The notes below the pieces were generated by a model. It saw only the letters and a list, made by a program, of their open reading frames with translations, did not search any database and was not told the DNA's origin. A program made the position numbers and the translations under genes. Below are positions 27,786-38,697 of a DNA stretch of 64,000 nucleotides, one piece after another. Position 1 is the first letter of the stretch; each line of letters opens with the position of its first letter. The DNA comes from Leucoraja erinacea (taxonomy: Eukaryota), in NCBI RefSeq assembly GCF_028641065.1, contig NC_073410.1, positions 310,001-374,000 of the forward strand, written 5' to 3'.

Positions 27786-28006
27786 AGCCAGGGGTGCTCA
27801 GTGCTCTGTCAATGTACTGAGCAGCAGGATAGAAGAATTGGCCCAAATTAAAACTTGGCAGGTCTGCAGCCTCCACACCGTAGTAATCAACAGGCATGTC
27901 CTTGTAGTATTCTTCCCCAGTGCCCACATTCCATCGACCATGAGCTGCATTGAGGATATGTGTAAAACCCATCTTTTCAACTGTATAGCGGTCCAATGCA
28001 ATCACT
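27786..28006 (-). CDS. DUSP29: DUSP29 coding exon 2
   Basis: [30 protein letters not shown]...[10 protein letters not shown]; TTGCAG acceptor, GTAAGT donor; 221 bp keeps the frame. Confidence 0.94.
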
Positions 28007-28829
28007 CTGCAACAAGATATATAATCACAGCTCAAGGCAGGGTGGAAAACATGACGACATTTAAAACTAACAAATTTCAGAGGGAATACTCCTGGAACTT
28101 GAGAGGTTTCATTTCAAAAGCTATATAAAATCACGAGGGGCAAAAAGAGAGTAACTGCTCTGTCTTCGTCACTAGGGTAGGAGAATCAATCATTACTGGG
28201 GACTAATTTAATAGGAACCAGAGGGGCAACATTTTCCACACAGAGGGTAGTAGGTACATGGAATGAGCTGAACTAGTTGAGGCAGGTACAGTAACAATTC
28301 AAGGACACTTGGAAATAACATGAAGAGGAAAGGTCTGGAAGGATGTGGGCCAAACACACACAGATGGGACTAGTTTAGATGGGATTGGCCCCTTGGAATT
28401 ATGGAGTCATGGACAAGTTGGGCTGAAGAACTTGATGTTGTGCTGAATTCCTCATGATCAGGCTGTGAGAAGTTAAACGATTTTCAGTAATTCAGTTGGT
28501 GATGATGGTTTTATATTATTTTCTAGATTTCACATAGCTTTGTCTTAGTAAATCCCACTGCCTGAATTCAAGAGAGTCAGACGGTGGAAATTAGTGGAGT
28601 GGCGATTACTAAGGAGAAGGTGCTTCTGAAGGTGGATTAATCACCTGGACAGGATGGACTGCACATGGGATGTGAAAGAGGTGGCTTTAAGAGATTGCAG
28701 AAGCATTAGAGTTGATTTTTCAAGAATCACTAGTCACAAAATCACTAGTCACAAAATCAAGTTCTTCAGCCCAACTTGTCCATGACCCCATAATTCCAAC
28801 GGGACAATCCCATCTAAACTAGTTAGATT

Positions 28830-29242
28830 CTCGCTAGAATTTAGAAGATTGAGGGGGGATCTTATAGAAACTTACAAAATTCTTAAGGGGTTGGACAGGC
28901 TAGATGCAGGAAGATTGTTCCCGATGTTGGGGAAGTCCAGAACAATGGGTCACAGTTTAAGGATACGGGGAAATCTTTTAGGACAGAGATGAGAAAAACA
29001 TTTTTCACACAGAGTGGTGCATCTCTGGAATTCTCTGCCACAGAAGGTAGTTGAGGCCAGTTCATTGGCTATATTTAAGAGGGGGTTAGATGTGGCCCTT
29101 GTGGCTAAAGGGATCAGGGGGTATGGAGAGAAGGCAGGTACAGGATACTGAGTTGGATGATCAGCCATGATCAGACTGAATGGCGGTGCAGGCTCGAAGG
29201 GCCGAATGGCCTACTCCTGCACCTATTGTCTATGTTTCTATG
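28830..29242 (+). mobile_element. Relatively intact CR1-like LINE 3' end
   Basis: SLEFRRLRGDLIETYKIL...GHSL...FFTQRVV..WNSLP plus conserved 3' tail. Confidence 0.85.
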
Positions 29243-29244
29243 AG

Positions 29245-30490
29245 TAGTTCAGAGGATTGTAAAATTGCAAATATTACTCCACTGTTCAAGAAGGTATTGA
29301 AGCAAAAGAGGGGGAACTATACGCCGGTTCACCTGACTTCAATGGTTGGTGAGATTTTGAAATCCATTATTAAGGATGTGGTTTCTGAGTATTTAGATGC
29401 AAATGATAAAATAGGCCAAAGTCAGCATTGGTTTTGTGAAGGGGAGATGTTGACCGACAAACCTGGTGGAACCCTGTGAGGATGGATATAGATAGATGGA
29501 GGAGACTTGGTGGATGTGGTTTACCTGGATTTTCAGGTTCCACAGATGAGGCTGCTAAAGAAGACGAGAGACGAGGGAAGATACCAACATGGATTGAAGG
29601 TTGAGCTGGATGGCAGAAGGCAACAAGTGGAAATTAAGGGCTTTTTCTGGTTGGCTGCCAGTGACTAACGGAGTTCCACAGGGGTCGGTGCTGGGAACAC
29701 TACTCTTCACTTTGTATATTAATGATTTGGACAAAGATAGATGGAGAGGCAGGTAGTGGTGAGGGAGAGTGGGCAAATACGTGGCAGATGGAATACAGCG
29801 TAGCAAGGTGTAGAGTCAAGAATTATGGTAGTAGGAATAAAGGCATAGTCTACTTTCTAAATGAGGAGATGATTCAGGAATCAGAGGTGCAGGGGTCAGG
29901 GCTGCTAGTGCAGGATTCCCCAAAAAATAAATTTGAAGTTGAATTGGTATTGAGGAAGCCAAATGCAATGTTAACGTTTATTTTGAGAGAACTAGAATAT
30001 AAAAACTGAGATATCATAAAAGTCTGTTAGACTGCATTTGGGGAATTGTGAGTAGGAAGGATGTGCTGGCATTGGAGAGGATCCAGAGGAGGTTTACAAG
30101 AATGATCCTGGGGATGAGTGTTCTGGGTTTGTACTTGCTGGAGATTAACAGGATGAGAAGAGACCTCATTAAAACATACTGAATAGTGAAAGGCCTGGAT
30201 AGAGTGGATGTGGAGAGTCTCAGACCAGAGGCCACAGCCTCAGAATAAAATGTTCCTGCAGATAAAGATGTACATTTAGAAAAGTGATGAGGAAGATTTT
30301 CTTTAATTTCACGGGGTGGCGAATCTGTGGAATTCATTACCACCGGCGGCAATGGAGGCCAAGTCATGTTTAAAGTGGAGATTGGCAGATTCTTGGGTAA
30401 TGTTGTGGGTTATGAGAAGGCGGGAGAATAGGGTTGAGACGGAACGATAAACCAGCCATGTTGAATGGAGTAGACTCTACCCCAATAACT
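29245..30490 (+). mobile_element. Older degenerate CR1-like LINE RT fragment
   Basis: ANITPLFKK...[27 protein letters not shown] motifs across frameshifts. Confidence 0.8.
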
Positions 30491-30521
30491 GATAAACACG
30501 AGCTGCAGTTGTGGAACGTAC

Positions 30522-30685
30522 TCGTCTCCGATGGAAATGCCAGGCCAGACTTCGTCGACGTGAGAGAATTTTACAGAACCTTTCCAGAAGAGCCGCTCCA
30601 GTTCGAAGGCTCCAGGTGTCGTGTAATCATTGTCGGGGTCCACAGTCACTGGCCTGTAGGGGTTTGGGGTCCTGCCGGACATCAT
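30522..30685 (-). CDS. DUSP29: DUSP29 coding exon 1 (spliced CDS 630 nt, 209 aa)
   Basis: MMSG...[18 protein letters not shown]...[14 protein letters not shown] is diagnostic of DUSP29; GTACGT donor; upstream acceptor at ~30736. Confidence 0.92.
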
Positions 30686-30880
30686 CTCGTCACAGCAAGC
30701 GGCCCAACCCGGGCGGTTCTCCAAATGTAATCTGTCTGGGATGGAGAAAACGCAGACATGGTCACACACAGCGCGATGTGGGGCCGGTTTTCACCAAACT
30801 CCGCGGCGAGGCGCTTGTGAAGGGCGGACACGGAGTTTGCTCGTCAGTAAAGCGGGAGATGGGGGGGGGGGGTTACTCAC

Positions 30881-30967
30881 GGGATCCGGCGCCGCTCCCG
30901 CTCCCGGACACGTTCCTTTAACCCGGCGAACTCCGTATGTTCAGGGCGGCAGCTGCTTATTCTGCCC
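30881..30967 (-). other. DUSP29: Predicted non-coding first exon of DUSP29
   Basis: GTGAGT donor at 30880, TATAAA ~30 nt upstream of the inferred start, no ATG inside; start position is inferred. Confidence 0.5.
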
Positions 30968-31010
30968 TTTGTCGGGCATCGGAGCCTGGACTATTTATAG
31001 CCGGAATGTG
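30949..31010 (-). promoter_or_regulatory. Muscle-type proximal promoter: E-box, MEF2/TATA, MCAT
   Basis: GCAGCTGC 30949-30956, CTATTTATAG 30991-31000 (MEF2 consensus, TATAAA on minus), GGAATG 31003-31008. Confidence 0.65.
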
Positions 31011-32269
31011 AAGCCACACTTGGGCCGGGGTGGGGGGAGGGGGGGGGGGGGGGGGGGGGGTGAGGATGGGGGTGGCTCTGCGTGGATTGTCACCGTGACT
31101 TGTTTCTCAGTGAAGTTATAGCGACTTGTTCTGCTCCTAAACTGCGAATGAATTGAAACACGTGTGTGGTTGAGCGGCGGCCAGGCGGGTTCCCGCAGAA
31201 GTTCCTGCCTCAGCGAATGCAACACCGGAGACCCTGGTTGCTGTCTGTACGGAGTTTGCATGTTCTCCCCGACATGCGTGGGTTTCCTCCCACTCTCCAA
31301 GATCCCTACACACTGGGGACAATTTCCGCACTGTATCTCTAAACTAAAGTAAGCAACTCGTCCGCAGCGTCGCTCAGCGCCCGGCTCCTGTGTCCATCAG
31401 CCACGGGAATAGCGACTCCCTCGCCCGGGCCCGGCGAGCTCATGTGCCGGCAGCGCAATGAAGAAACAGCACCGGACATTGACTTCACATTTTCAGCCAA
31501 ACATCGTTGGAATGGGTCAATTAGCAGCAAGTAAAACACTTAACCAGTTGGTGAAATATTACTGACAGATGAAGGTCTAATGCGGGTGAAGACATCAGTG
31601 ACCCGTGGTCATTCTGGGGAACTTCCCCGACATTGTCCTCTCATTCCCCGCCCGTGGAATGTCCTTGTGACCGCGGCCCAGGCTCGCAGACACCCCCTCC
31701 CCGGGCCCAGGAACCCGCCATTCGGACAGATGTTCCTGTGTCACGGCCTCCAGGAGAGTCAAACCCCTTCACAGATCACGAGCTGAGGACCAGGGTGGCT
31801 GCCCAGCTGATCCCCACCACAGTGAACGCCCCCCCAAACCTGTCCTGTCCTGTCCACGCTCGGACAGTGAGATCCATCAGAGAGTCAGTGGTTTGATTTA
31901 TAGACGCGCGGGTGCGGTTTCTCCCCCTTCTTGGTCTCTGGACCGGGGGCCCAGCGAACACTTGGATAGAAACATTAAACATATTATTTTGTTTCAGGCG
32001 GAAGACAAGACGGTTTATAAATGGATGACATTCAAGCTGTCGATACACGAGTTGGTTTATTTCGCTGCCGCGAGCAACAGGGACCTCGCTGTCGGCAGCA
32101 GCTTCGGTAACGGCTGTTAAACAAGGAGCCCGGGGGGGGGGGGGGGGGGGGGGGGATGTGGGGGTGGGGTGTGGTTGGGGGGTGGGGATGTGGGTGGGGG
32201 GGGGGGGGTGGGGGGGGTGGGGAGGGTGAAAGCTCTGGGCAAGTGCGAGGGGATATTCTGATCGCAGCC

Positions 32270-32495
32270 CGTGGTGGCGCAGCGGGTAGTGCTGCTGTCC
32301 GGCTGTCGTCAGGACTGAACCCACTGTCGGTGTGGAGTTTGCACGTTCTCTGCGTGACTACGGTTTCCTGGCACATGCCCAAAACGCGCGGGTTGGAGGT
32401 GAACTTGCCGGGGGAGGGGGATTCGAATAAATGGGCGATTGGCGGTCGGCACAGCCTCAATGGGCCGAAGGGCCTGTTTCTGTGCTGTATATCTC
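32270..32495 (+). mobile_element. V-SINE, internally deleted
   Basis: GGTGGCGCAGCGG head, GTGTGGAGTTTGCACGTTCTC core, GGGCCGAAGGGCCTGTTTC tail. Confidence 0.75.
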
Positions 32496-32557
32496 CATTA
32501 CTCTACAACTGTCAGAGGTTGCAGCGTAATGCAAGGTCTTTGGGCGAAGATAAATGG

Positions 32558-32594
<37 letters not shown>

Positions 32595-32655
32595 GACTGC
32601 TGATATTCTAGAGGAGGCACCGTGAATCCGCAGGTGTTAAATGCAGACGAGGTCG

Positions 32656-35492
32656 TCACTGCGGGCAGTCAGTCGCCTCCTTGGTCGCGGCAGCCCCGGA
32701 CAGCGACCCCACGATCGTCACAGGATCATGTAACTCTTCCCGCAAACGCTGCGGCTTCTTTGCGCTTAACTCCATGTCCAGGTTGCGTAACTGTTGCAGG
32801 AAGCCGCGGTTGGGTGAGATGGGTCTGTAGAGAATGACCCTGTGAATGGCGTGGAGCAGAGACCGTTGTCCATAGATCATCAGGTAGGCCAGCACTAGAG
32901 CGGCCGAGCGGCTCATCCCCAGTATGCAGTGGACCAACAGCCTCGCTGAGGGACAGAGAGATNNNNNNNNNNNNNNNNNNNNNNNNNNNNNNNNNNNNNN
33001 NNNNNNNNNNNNNNNNNNNNNNNNNNNNNNNNNNNNNNNNNNNNNNNNNNNNNNNNNNNNNNNNNNNNNNNNNNNNNNNNNNNNNNNNNNNNNNNNNNNT
33101 ACACACATACACACNNNNNNNNNNNNNNNNNNNNNNNNNNNNNNNNNNNNNNNNNNNNNNNNNNNNNNNNNNNNNNNNNNNNNNNNNNNNNNNNNNNNNN
33201 NNNNNNNNNNNNNNNNNNNNNNNNNNNNNNNNNNNNNNNNNNNNNNNNNNNNNNNNNNNNNNNNNNNNNNNNNNNNNNNNNNNNNNNNNNNNNNNNNNNN
33301 NNNNNNNNNNNNNNNNNNNNNNNNNNNNNNNNNNNNNNNNNNNNNNNNNNNNNNNNNNNNNNNNNNNNNNNNNNNNNNNNNNNNNNNNNNNNNNNNNNNN
33401 NNNNNNNNNNNNNNNNNNNNNNNNNNNNNNNNNNNNNNNNNNNNNNNNNNNNNNNNNNNNNNNNNNNNNNNNNNNNNNNNNNNNNNNNNNNNNNNNNNNN
33501 NNNNNNNNNNNNNNNNNNNNNNNNNNNNNNNNNNNNNNNNNNNNNNNNNNNNNNNNNNNNNNNNNNNNNNNNNNNNNNNNNNNNNNNNNNNNNNNNNNNN
33601 NNNNNNNNNNNNNNNNNNNNNNNNNNNNNNNNNNNNNNNNNNNNNNNNNNNNNNNNNNNNNNNNNNNNNNNNNNNNNNNNNNNNNNNNNNNNNNNNNNNN
33701 NNNNNNNNNNNNNNNNNNNNNNNNNNNNNNNNNNNNNNNNNNNNNNNNNNNNNNNNNNNGGCAGACTGAACTGAGTTGCATAATAAAGTTTGCTTTCTAA
33801 ACTTACAGGCGGCTGTTGTGCTACTGGTGAGCGTGCGACTAGTCTCGGAACCCCACGTTGCCGGGTTCCTGTTTCCAGCGCCTGTCCACTGGGCAGGCTG
33901 GTCCTAAACCAGTGGACAGGCGCGGTCTCTGGGTGCACTCTGTACAGTTCTGGTCGGCCCGTTACAGAGTGAACGGGGAAGTTTTGGAGGAGGTTTGTCG
34001 GAATGATGCCGGATTACAGGGTTTGAGCTACAGGGGGAGGTTGAACAAACTTGGGTTTTCTCTGGAATGTTGGAGTATTGCAAATTATGGCAGGCATAGA
34101 TACGGTAGATAGGTGGAAATATGTAAACCTAGAGGACATAGTTTTAAGACGAGAGGGTGGAGGGAAGGGGGTTAAGGGGATGTGCAGTGCAAATGTATTT
34201 TTACACAGAGGGTGGTGCCGCGGCAGATGGGCATAGAGGCAATGGGGCATATGGAGGTACATTAGATGGTTTCTTGGCATCACGTTCGGCACAGACACTC
34301 TGGGCCGAAGGGCCTGTTCCTGTGCTGTTCAACGCCCCCTGTCTGGGTCCGGCCCCGCTAGCAGCGAGTTGAGGGTCGCGGACACACCCCGCTGGTCACT
34401 CTGCCAGCGGCTCCGGCCACTCAGGGTGAACAACAGAATATCTCTCACCTTCTGGATCCCGCAGCGTCTCCTCGATGTGTTCCGCTGCCGGGTAGAAATA
34501 GCGGCTGTCAAACTGCGGGCAGTCGTCCGCCGCGAAGCCTCGGTACCGGAACCTCCTGCCGTAGAAGATGGTGTCGCCTTTGCTGCCGCTCTTGTTGTGC
34601 GCCGCGTTCAACACATGTGTGATCGTGAGCGACCAGCCTGTGGCGGGAACACAGTGAGTGAGGTCCCTACCAACGCCCCACCTTCACAGGTCTGGCCCGT
34701 CCCCGCGCCTCGTTACAACAGTTGTCTCTGTCAGGCCTCTCGCCGGCAGCGGGGACAATGAGACATCATTCATATTATCGTGTGCTGTAAGCTGGTGATG
34801 CAGCATGGTTAGGGTAGAGTTGATACGCTGCTGAGTGTTGTATATGTGACTTACTCAACAATACCTCTCTCTCCTTCCTCCCCAAAGGCCCAGTCTGATC
34901 ACATTCTCTTCAATCCAGCAGAGACAACGGGTTGTTTTCCCTTTTGACCAAATTTGAGCCTTTGATGTTATCCAAGGTCCCCATCCTGGGTTGTTGATTA
35001 GTACAGGTGTCACGGGCCACGGGGAGAGTGGGGTTGAAATGGGAAAGATAGATCAGCCATGATTGAATGGCGGAGTAGACTTGATGGTCTAAATCTTCTC
35101 CTATCATTTATGGAACCCGCCGGTCCTGAGCTTTGATGGACTGGCCTTTAAACGACTCCCGCGTTAGTTGTGGACTTGCTTGCTAACAGATGGGGCCAAC
35201 AGCTCCGGCCCAACAACGCCCCTCCCCGGCGCCCAGCAGCAGCTTAAAGCGAGCGGACAACGCGTGTGTGGGACTGGGGTGAGCGGCGAGGCCTGGTGGT
35301 CGCCTAAAACAACGTCTGTACTCACAGGTCTCCGATGTAAAGATTGGGCCAAACTTCATCGACGTGGTTCAGCGGCGCCCGGCTGCTCTCCAGCGCCGTC
35401 TCCAGCTCCAGGATGGAGGGGGTTCCCAGGTCACCGGGGGCGGAGACGGTGGCGGGACCGGGATCATTTTGGGGTGGAGACGTCGCCGCCAT
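32656..35492 (-). pseudogene. DUSP13A-like phosphatase paralogue with frameshifted exon 2 (exons 35492-35326, 34637-34449, 32945-32656)
   Basis: Exon 1 MAATSPP...PSILELE...[14 protein letters not shown]; exon 2 is 189 bp versus 218 bp in the neighbour and LVAHD is out of frame with ITHVLNAAH; exon 3 LLVHCILGMSRS...PNRGFLQQL; all splice sites canonical. Confidence 0.75.
32963..33759. other. N runs (gap or hard-masked simple repeat) with a 15-nt CA-rich island at 33100-33114
   Basis: Seen directly. Confidence 0.95.
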
Positions 35493-35714
35493 GTCCCGCC
35501 GCTTTCTCTGTGTTGTCTGGCCGCTTCTCGCCGCCGGTCACTGGCGCCCTTCTGGTTTGACGTTTGCAGACAGCTGCGGCTCGCTGATCTTTCCCGCGTC
35601 TGTTGACAACTGACCCGGACCGTGTTCAGACCGGGGAGGGCGAAGTCCGGGAGATCCCGGGGGCTCAGAGCGACGCTCAGCGTGGACATGAGGAGGAAGC
35701 TGATGGAAAAGCGG

Positions 35715-36020
35715 GTCGTGGAGGGGAGGGGAGGGGTGTTGAGAGGGGAGGGGGTGTTGAGTGGGGAGGGGTAGAGGGGAGGGGAGGGGTGGAGGGGAGG
35801 GGGGGAGGGGAGGGGGTGTTGAGAGGGGTGGGGGGGTGAGAGGGGGGGGGGAGGGGGGGAGGGGGGGGGGGGGAGGGGAGGGGGACACGGGAGGGAGGGG
35901 GGGGGAGAAGAGGATAGAGGTGGGGAGGGGAGGGGAGGGGTGGAGGGGAGGGGTGGGGGGAGGGGAGGGGGGGGTGTTGAGAGGGGAGGGGTGTTGAGAG
36001 GGGAGGGGTAGAGGGGGGTG
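35715..36020. repeat. Purine/G-rich low-complexity tract (G4 or triplex prone)
   Basis: GGGGA/GGGGT runs over ~300 nt. Confidence 0.85.
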
Positions 36021-36287
36021 CTGTGAGCGGTTGCCTAAAATTGGAGAATTCATACATTTGGGATACAAACTGCTGTTCCTCTAGTTTGTTTGTGGCCAAT
36101 GGAGGCGGTCCGGGACAGAAAGGCCAATGTGGGAATGGGAAGGGGAGGTAAAATGTAGCAGCCGGGGGGTCCGACAGGCCTTGGGAAAGTTCCGTGAAAC
36201 GGTCGCCGAGTCTACGCTTGGTCTCGCCCGTGAACAGGAAACCAGGATGTCAGAAACAAAGTCGCAGCTGAGTCGACAAAATTATCT

Positions 36288-36293
36288 TTTATT
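36288..36293 (-). promoter_or_regulatory. Candidate polyadenylation signal of the DUSP13A-like gene
   Basis: AATAAA on minus ~280 nt after the stop. Confidence 0.55.
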
Positions 36294-36574
36294 AAAACGA
36301 ATTGTCTGCAGGTAATAACAGCTCTTTACAATTGCAGAAACACTTCAACAATGACACGGCTCCTTGGTCTAGTTCCAGGTAAAGTGAGAATCTGGCACCA
36401 GTAGAGTTTGGGACTGTGCGTGTTCATCAACAGAATGAGTGTGAAGTTCACTAAAATACTCGCGCGTCTCTGCTCACAATCAGTTATTTCACCACAATGA
36501 GTTATCGTTAAACAGTAGTCCTACTGCAGACAATAATCGCTCAACATTTACTGAGCCGCAAAGAGATGACTAAA

Positions 36575-36774
36575 TCAAACTTTCCTTTCTTGCTGTAATT
36601 TTGTGTCCAAGGTCCGCAACTGTTTCAGAAATCCTCGGTTGGGGTAGATGCGTCTGTGGTTCGCCACCGTGATGACGGCATCCCACAGCGAGAGGCGTTG
36701 GTGGATCATTAGATAAGCCAACGCCAGTGTGGCCGCCCGGCTATATCCGAAAGCACAATGGACGAAGACCTTCC
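36575..36774 (-). CDS. DUSP13A: DUSP13A-like (MDSP-type) coding exon 3
   Basis: Translated by hand: [65 protein letters not shown]; TTTGTCTCAG acceptor. Confidence 0.85.
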
Positions 36775-37421
36775 CTGAGACAAAGCAAAGCCCCCAGTGA
36801 CTCCAACCAACTGGCAGCCGACAGTAAATGCCCAGTAAATGATACCTGGTCCATAATGTGTGAACTCAGGAAATAACCACATTTGACACAGTGAGTGTCT
36901 GGAACAGGTACTGGGACCCCGAACATCATCTCTGTAATGTTCCTGCCCTATCCCTTCCCTACACCCCACCACGTGACTGTGTCCGCCATAAGCATGGGCG
37001 GGAAGGGTCTCGACTCCAGATGGATATGGACTAAATGCAGGCAAATGGGACTAACCCAGAATGCCAATTTGGTCAGCATAGACAAAATGGGCCGAAGGGT
37101 TTGTTTCCGCGCTGTACTTTGTTCTATGATTGCATAATGTTCGTATGTCAATCTAATCGTGAACCCGCCGACACTGGACAACACCAATGTAGTGGATCAG
37201 AGGTTATGGGGAGATGGCAGGAGAATGGGGTTGAGGGAGAGATAGATCAGCCACGATTGAATGGCACAGTAGACTTGATGGGCCGAATGACCTAACTCTG
37301 CTCCTATCACTTCTGAACACACGGGAGCCCTGGAGCACAGAGTCTTTACACACAGAGAGGGCTTGCATGTTCTACTGAAGTTAACAATGTGTGCGTGTGG
37401 CACACGGGGATTGTTTCTTAC

Positions 37422-37639
37422 CTCCAAGAACATCAACTGCCTGGTGAATGTATTCAGCTGCGGAATAGAAATATGCGGAGATGTCAAAGTGGGGCAGGTC
37501 GCGGGCGGCGATGCCGCGGTAATCCATGGCGGTCCCGTAGAAGTCTTGGCAGCCGCTGGATGCCAGCTGTTTGTGGGCAGCGTTCAGTACGTGGGTGATG
37601 CCCAGCTTCCACAGCTGGAACCTGTCGTGGGCCGCCGTC
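37422..37639 (-). CDS. DUSP13A: DUSP13A-like coding exon 2
   Basis: TAAHDRFQLWKLGITHVLNAAHK...DLPHFDISAYF closely matches mammalian DUSP13A; CCAG acceptor, GTAAGA donor. Confidence 0.88.
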
Positions 37640-38074
37640 CTGGAGGCCAAGCAGAGGTCAGAGAAAGGTCAGAGGTTAAGTCAAAGGTCAGATACAGGGT
37701 CAGACACCGTTTCCCAATTCTGAGGCGTTTCGGTTGCGAACATGGGGCGGGTCGGCACCGGAGAGGTTTTCCCGCCTGTCCCGTCTGCATGCCCCCCCCC
37801 CCCCCCGCCTTGAAACGTCCGGCACCGACCGAGGCTCCAACGTTGGGGACCTGGGACCTGATGGAAACACAGGCGACAGGTCACGTCTCGCCAAGACTGG
37901 GCGGGCGGCCGGGCCGATATGTACAGATACACGGGGAGGCAGAGGGGGGGGGGGGGGGGGGGGGCGCGGGGAGAGCCCTCCTGGAGCAGGTGAGTGGGTG
38001 GCCTGAGTTTGAAGGGCCGAGTGGTCTACCCTAATGTGCCGGGTCAGTGTGGGCGGTGAGGCGGGGATCAGCCG

Positions 38075-38109
38075 CACTCACTCACTCACTCACTCACTCA
38101 CTCACTCAC
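38075..38109. repeat. (TCAC)n / (GTGA)n microsatellite at a splice donor
   Basis: About 8.75 units, seen directly. Confidence 0.9.
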
Positions 38110-38249
38110 ATGTCCCCGATGTACAGGCCCGGCCACACCTCGTCCACCCGACTCAGCGCCACTGTGTTGTCGCGCAGGAGCCGCTCCAGCTCGTTTACTG
38201 TGGGGGTCCCGGCTCCGGGCATCGGGGGGTGGACACTGGGTCCGGACAT
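38110..38249 (-). CDS. DUSP13A: DUSP13A-like coding exon 1 (spliced CDS 558 nt, 185 aa)
   Basis: GCC-ATG start; MSGPSVHPPMPGAGTPTVNELERLLR...SRVDEVWPGLYIGD; GTGAGT donor. Confidence 0.82.
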
Positions 38250-38514
38250 GGCCTGAGGTCGGGGCACCGCCGCTGCTCCAAGCTGCCTCCTCGCTGTCAG
38301 TCTCGCCTGGTGACAGGTGCCAGAGTTCGCCTGATGCGACCAAAACTAAACCCCGCCCGGTCCGTATCCGATATCTCAAAACAAATCCACACAAAGATTC
38401 TGGTTCCGTGGTTCAGGTCTGGGCTGAAGAACTTGGATCAATGACCGACCGACACAAGTCACGTCCATTCACGGGCACATTATATATTCACCAAAGTACT
38501 GGCGTGTGTTGGCG

Positions 38515-38697
38515 TGAATCTTATAGAAACAAATACAATTCTTAGAGGATTGGACAGGGTAGATGCAGGAAAAATGTTCCCGGTGTTGGGGGAGTCCAGA
38601 TCCAGGGTCACAGTTTCAGAATAAGGGGTAAGCCATTTAGGACTGAGATGAGGAAAAACTTTTTCACCCAGAGTTGTGAATCTGTGGAATTCTCTGC
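38515..38697 (+). mobile_element. CR1-like LINE fragment running directly into the minisatellite
   Basis: Similar to 28860-29035. Confidence 0.75.

Noticed and set aside
32726-33938. ORFs of 281-351 aa
   Set aside because: Artefacts of N runs translated as X
35635-35670. PRDLPDF peptide resembling the DUSP general-acid loop
   Set aside because: Only a few residues match and the flanks do not align to exon 2 of any neighbour; treated as chance
35538-36099. Pro-rich and Gly-rich ORFs
   Set aside because: Low-complexity G-rich DNA
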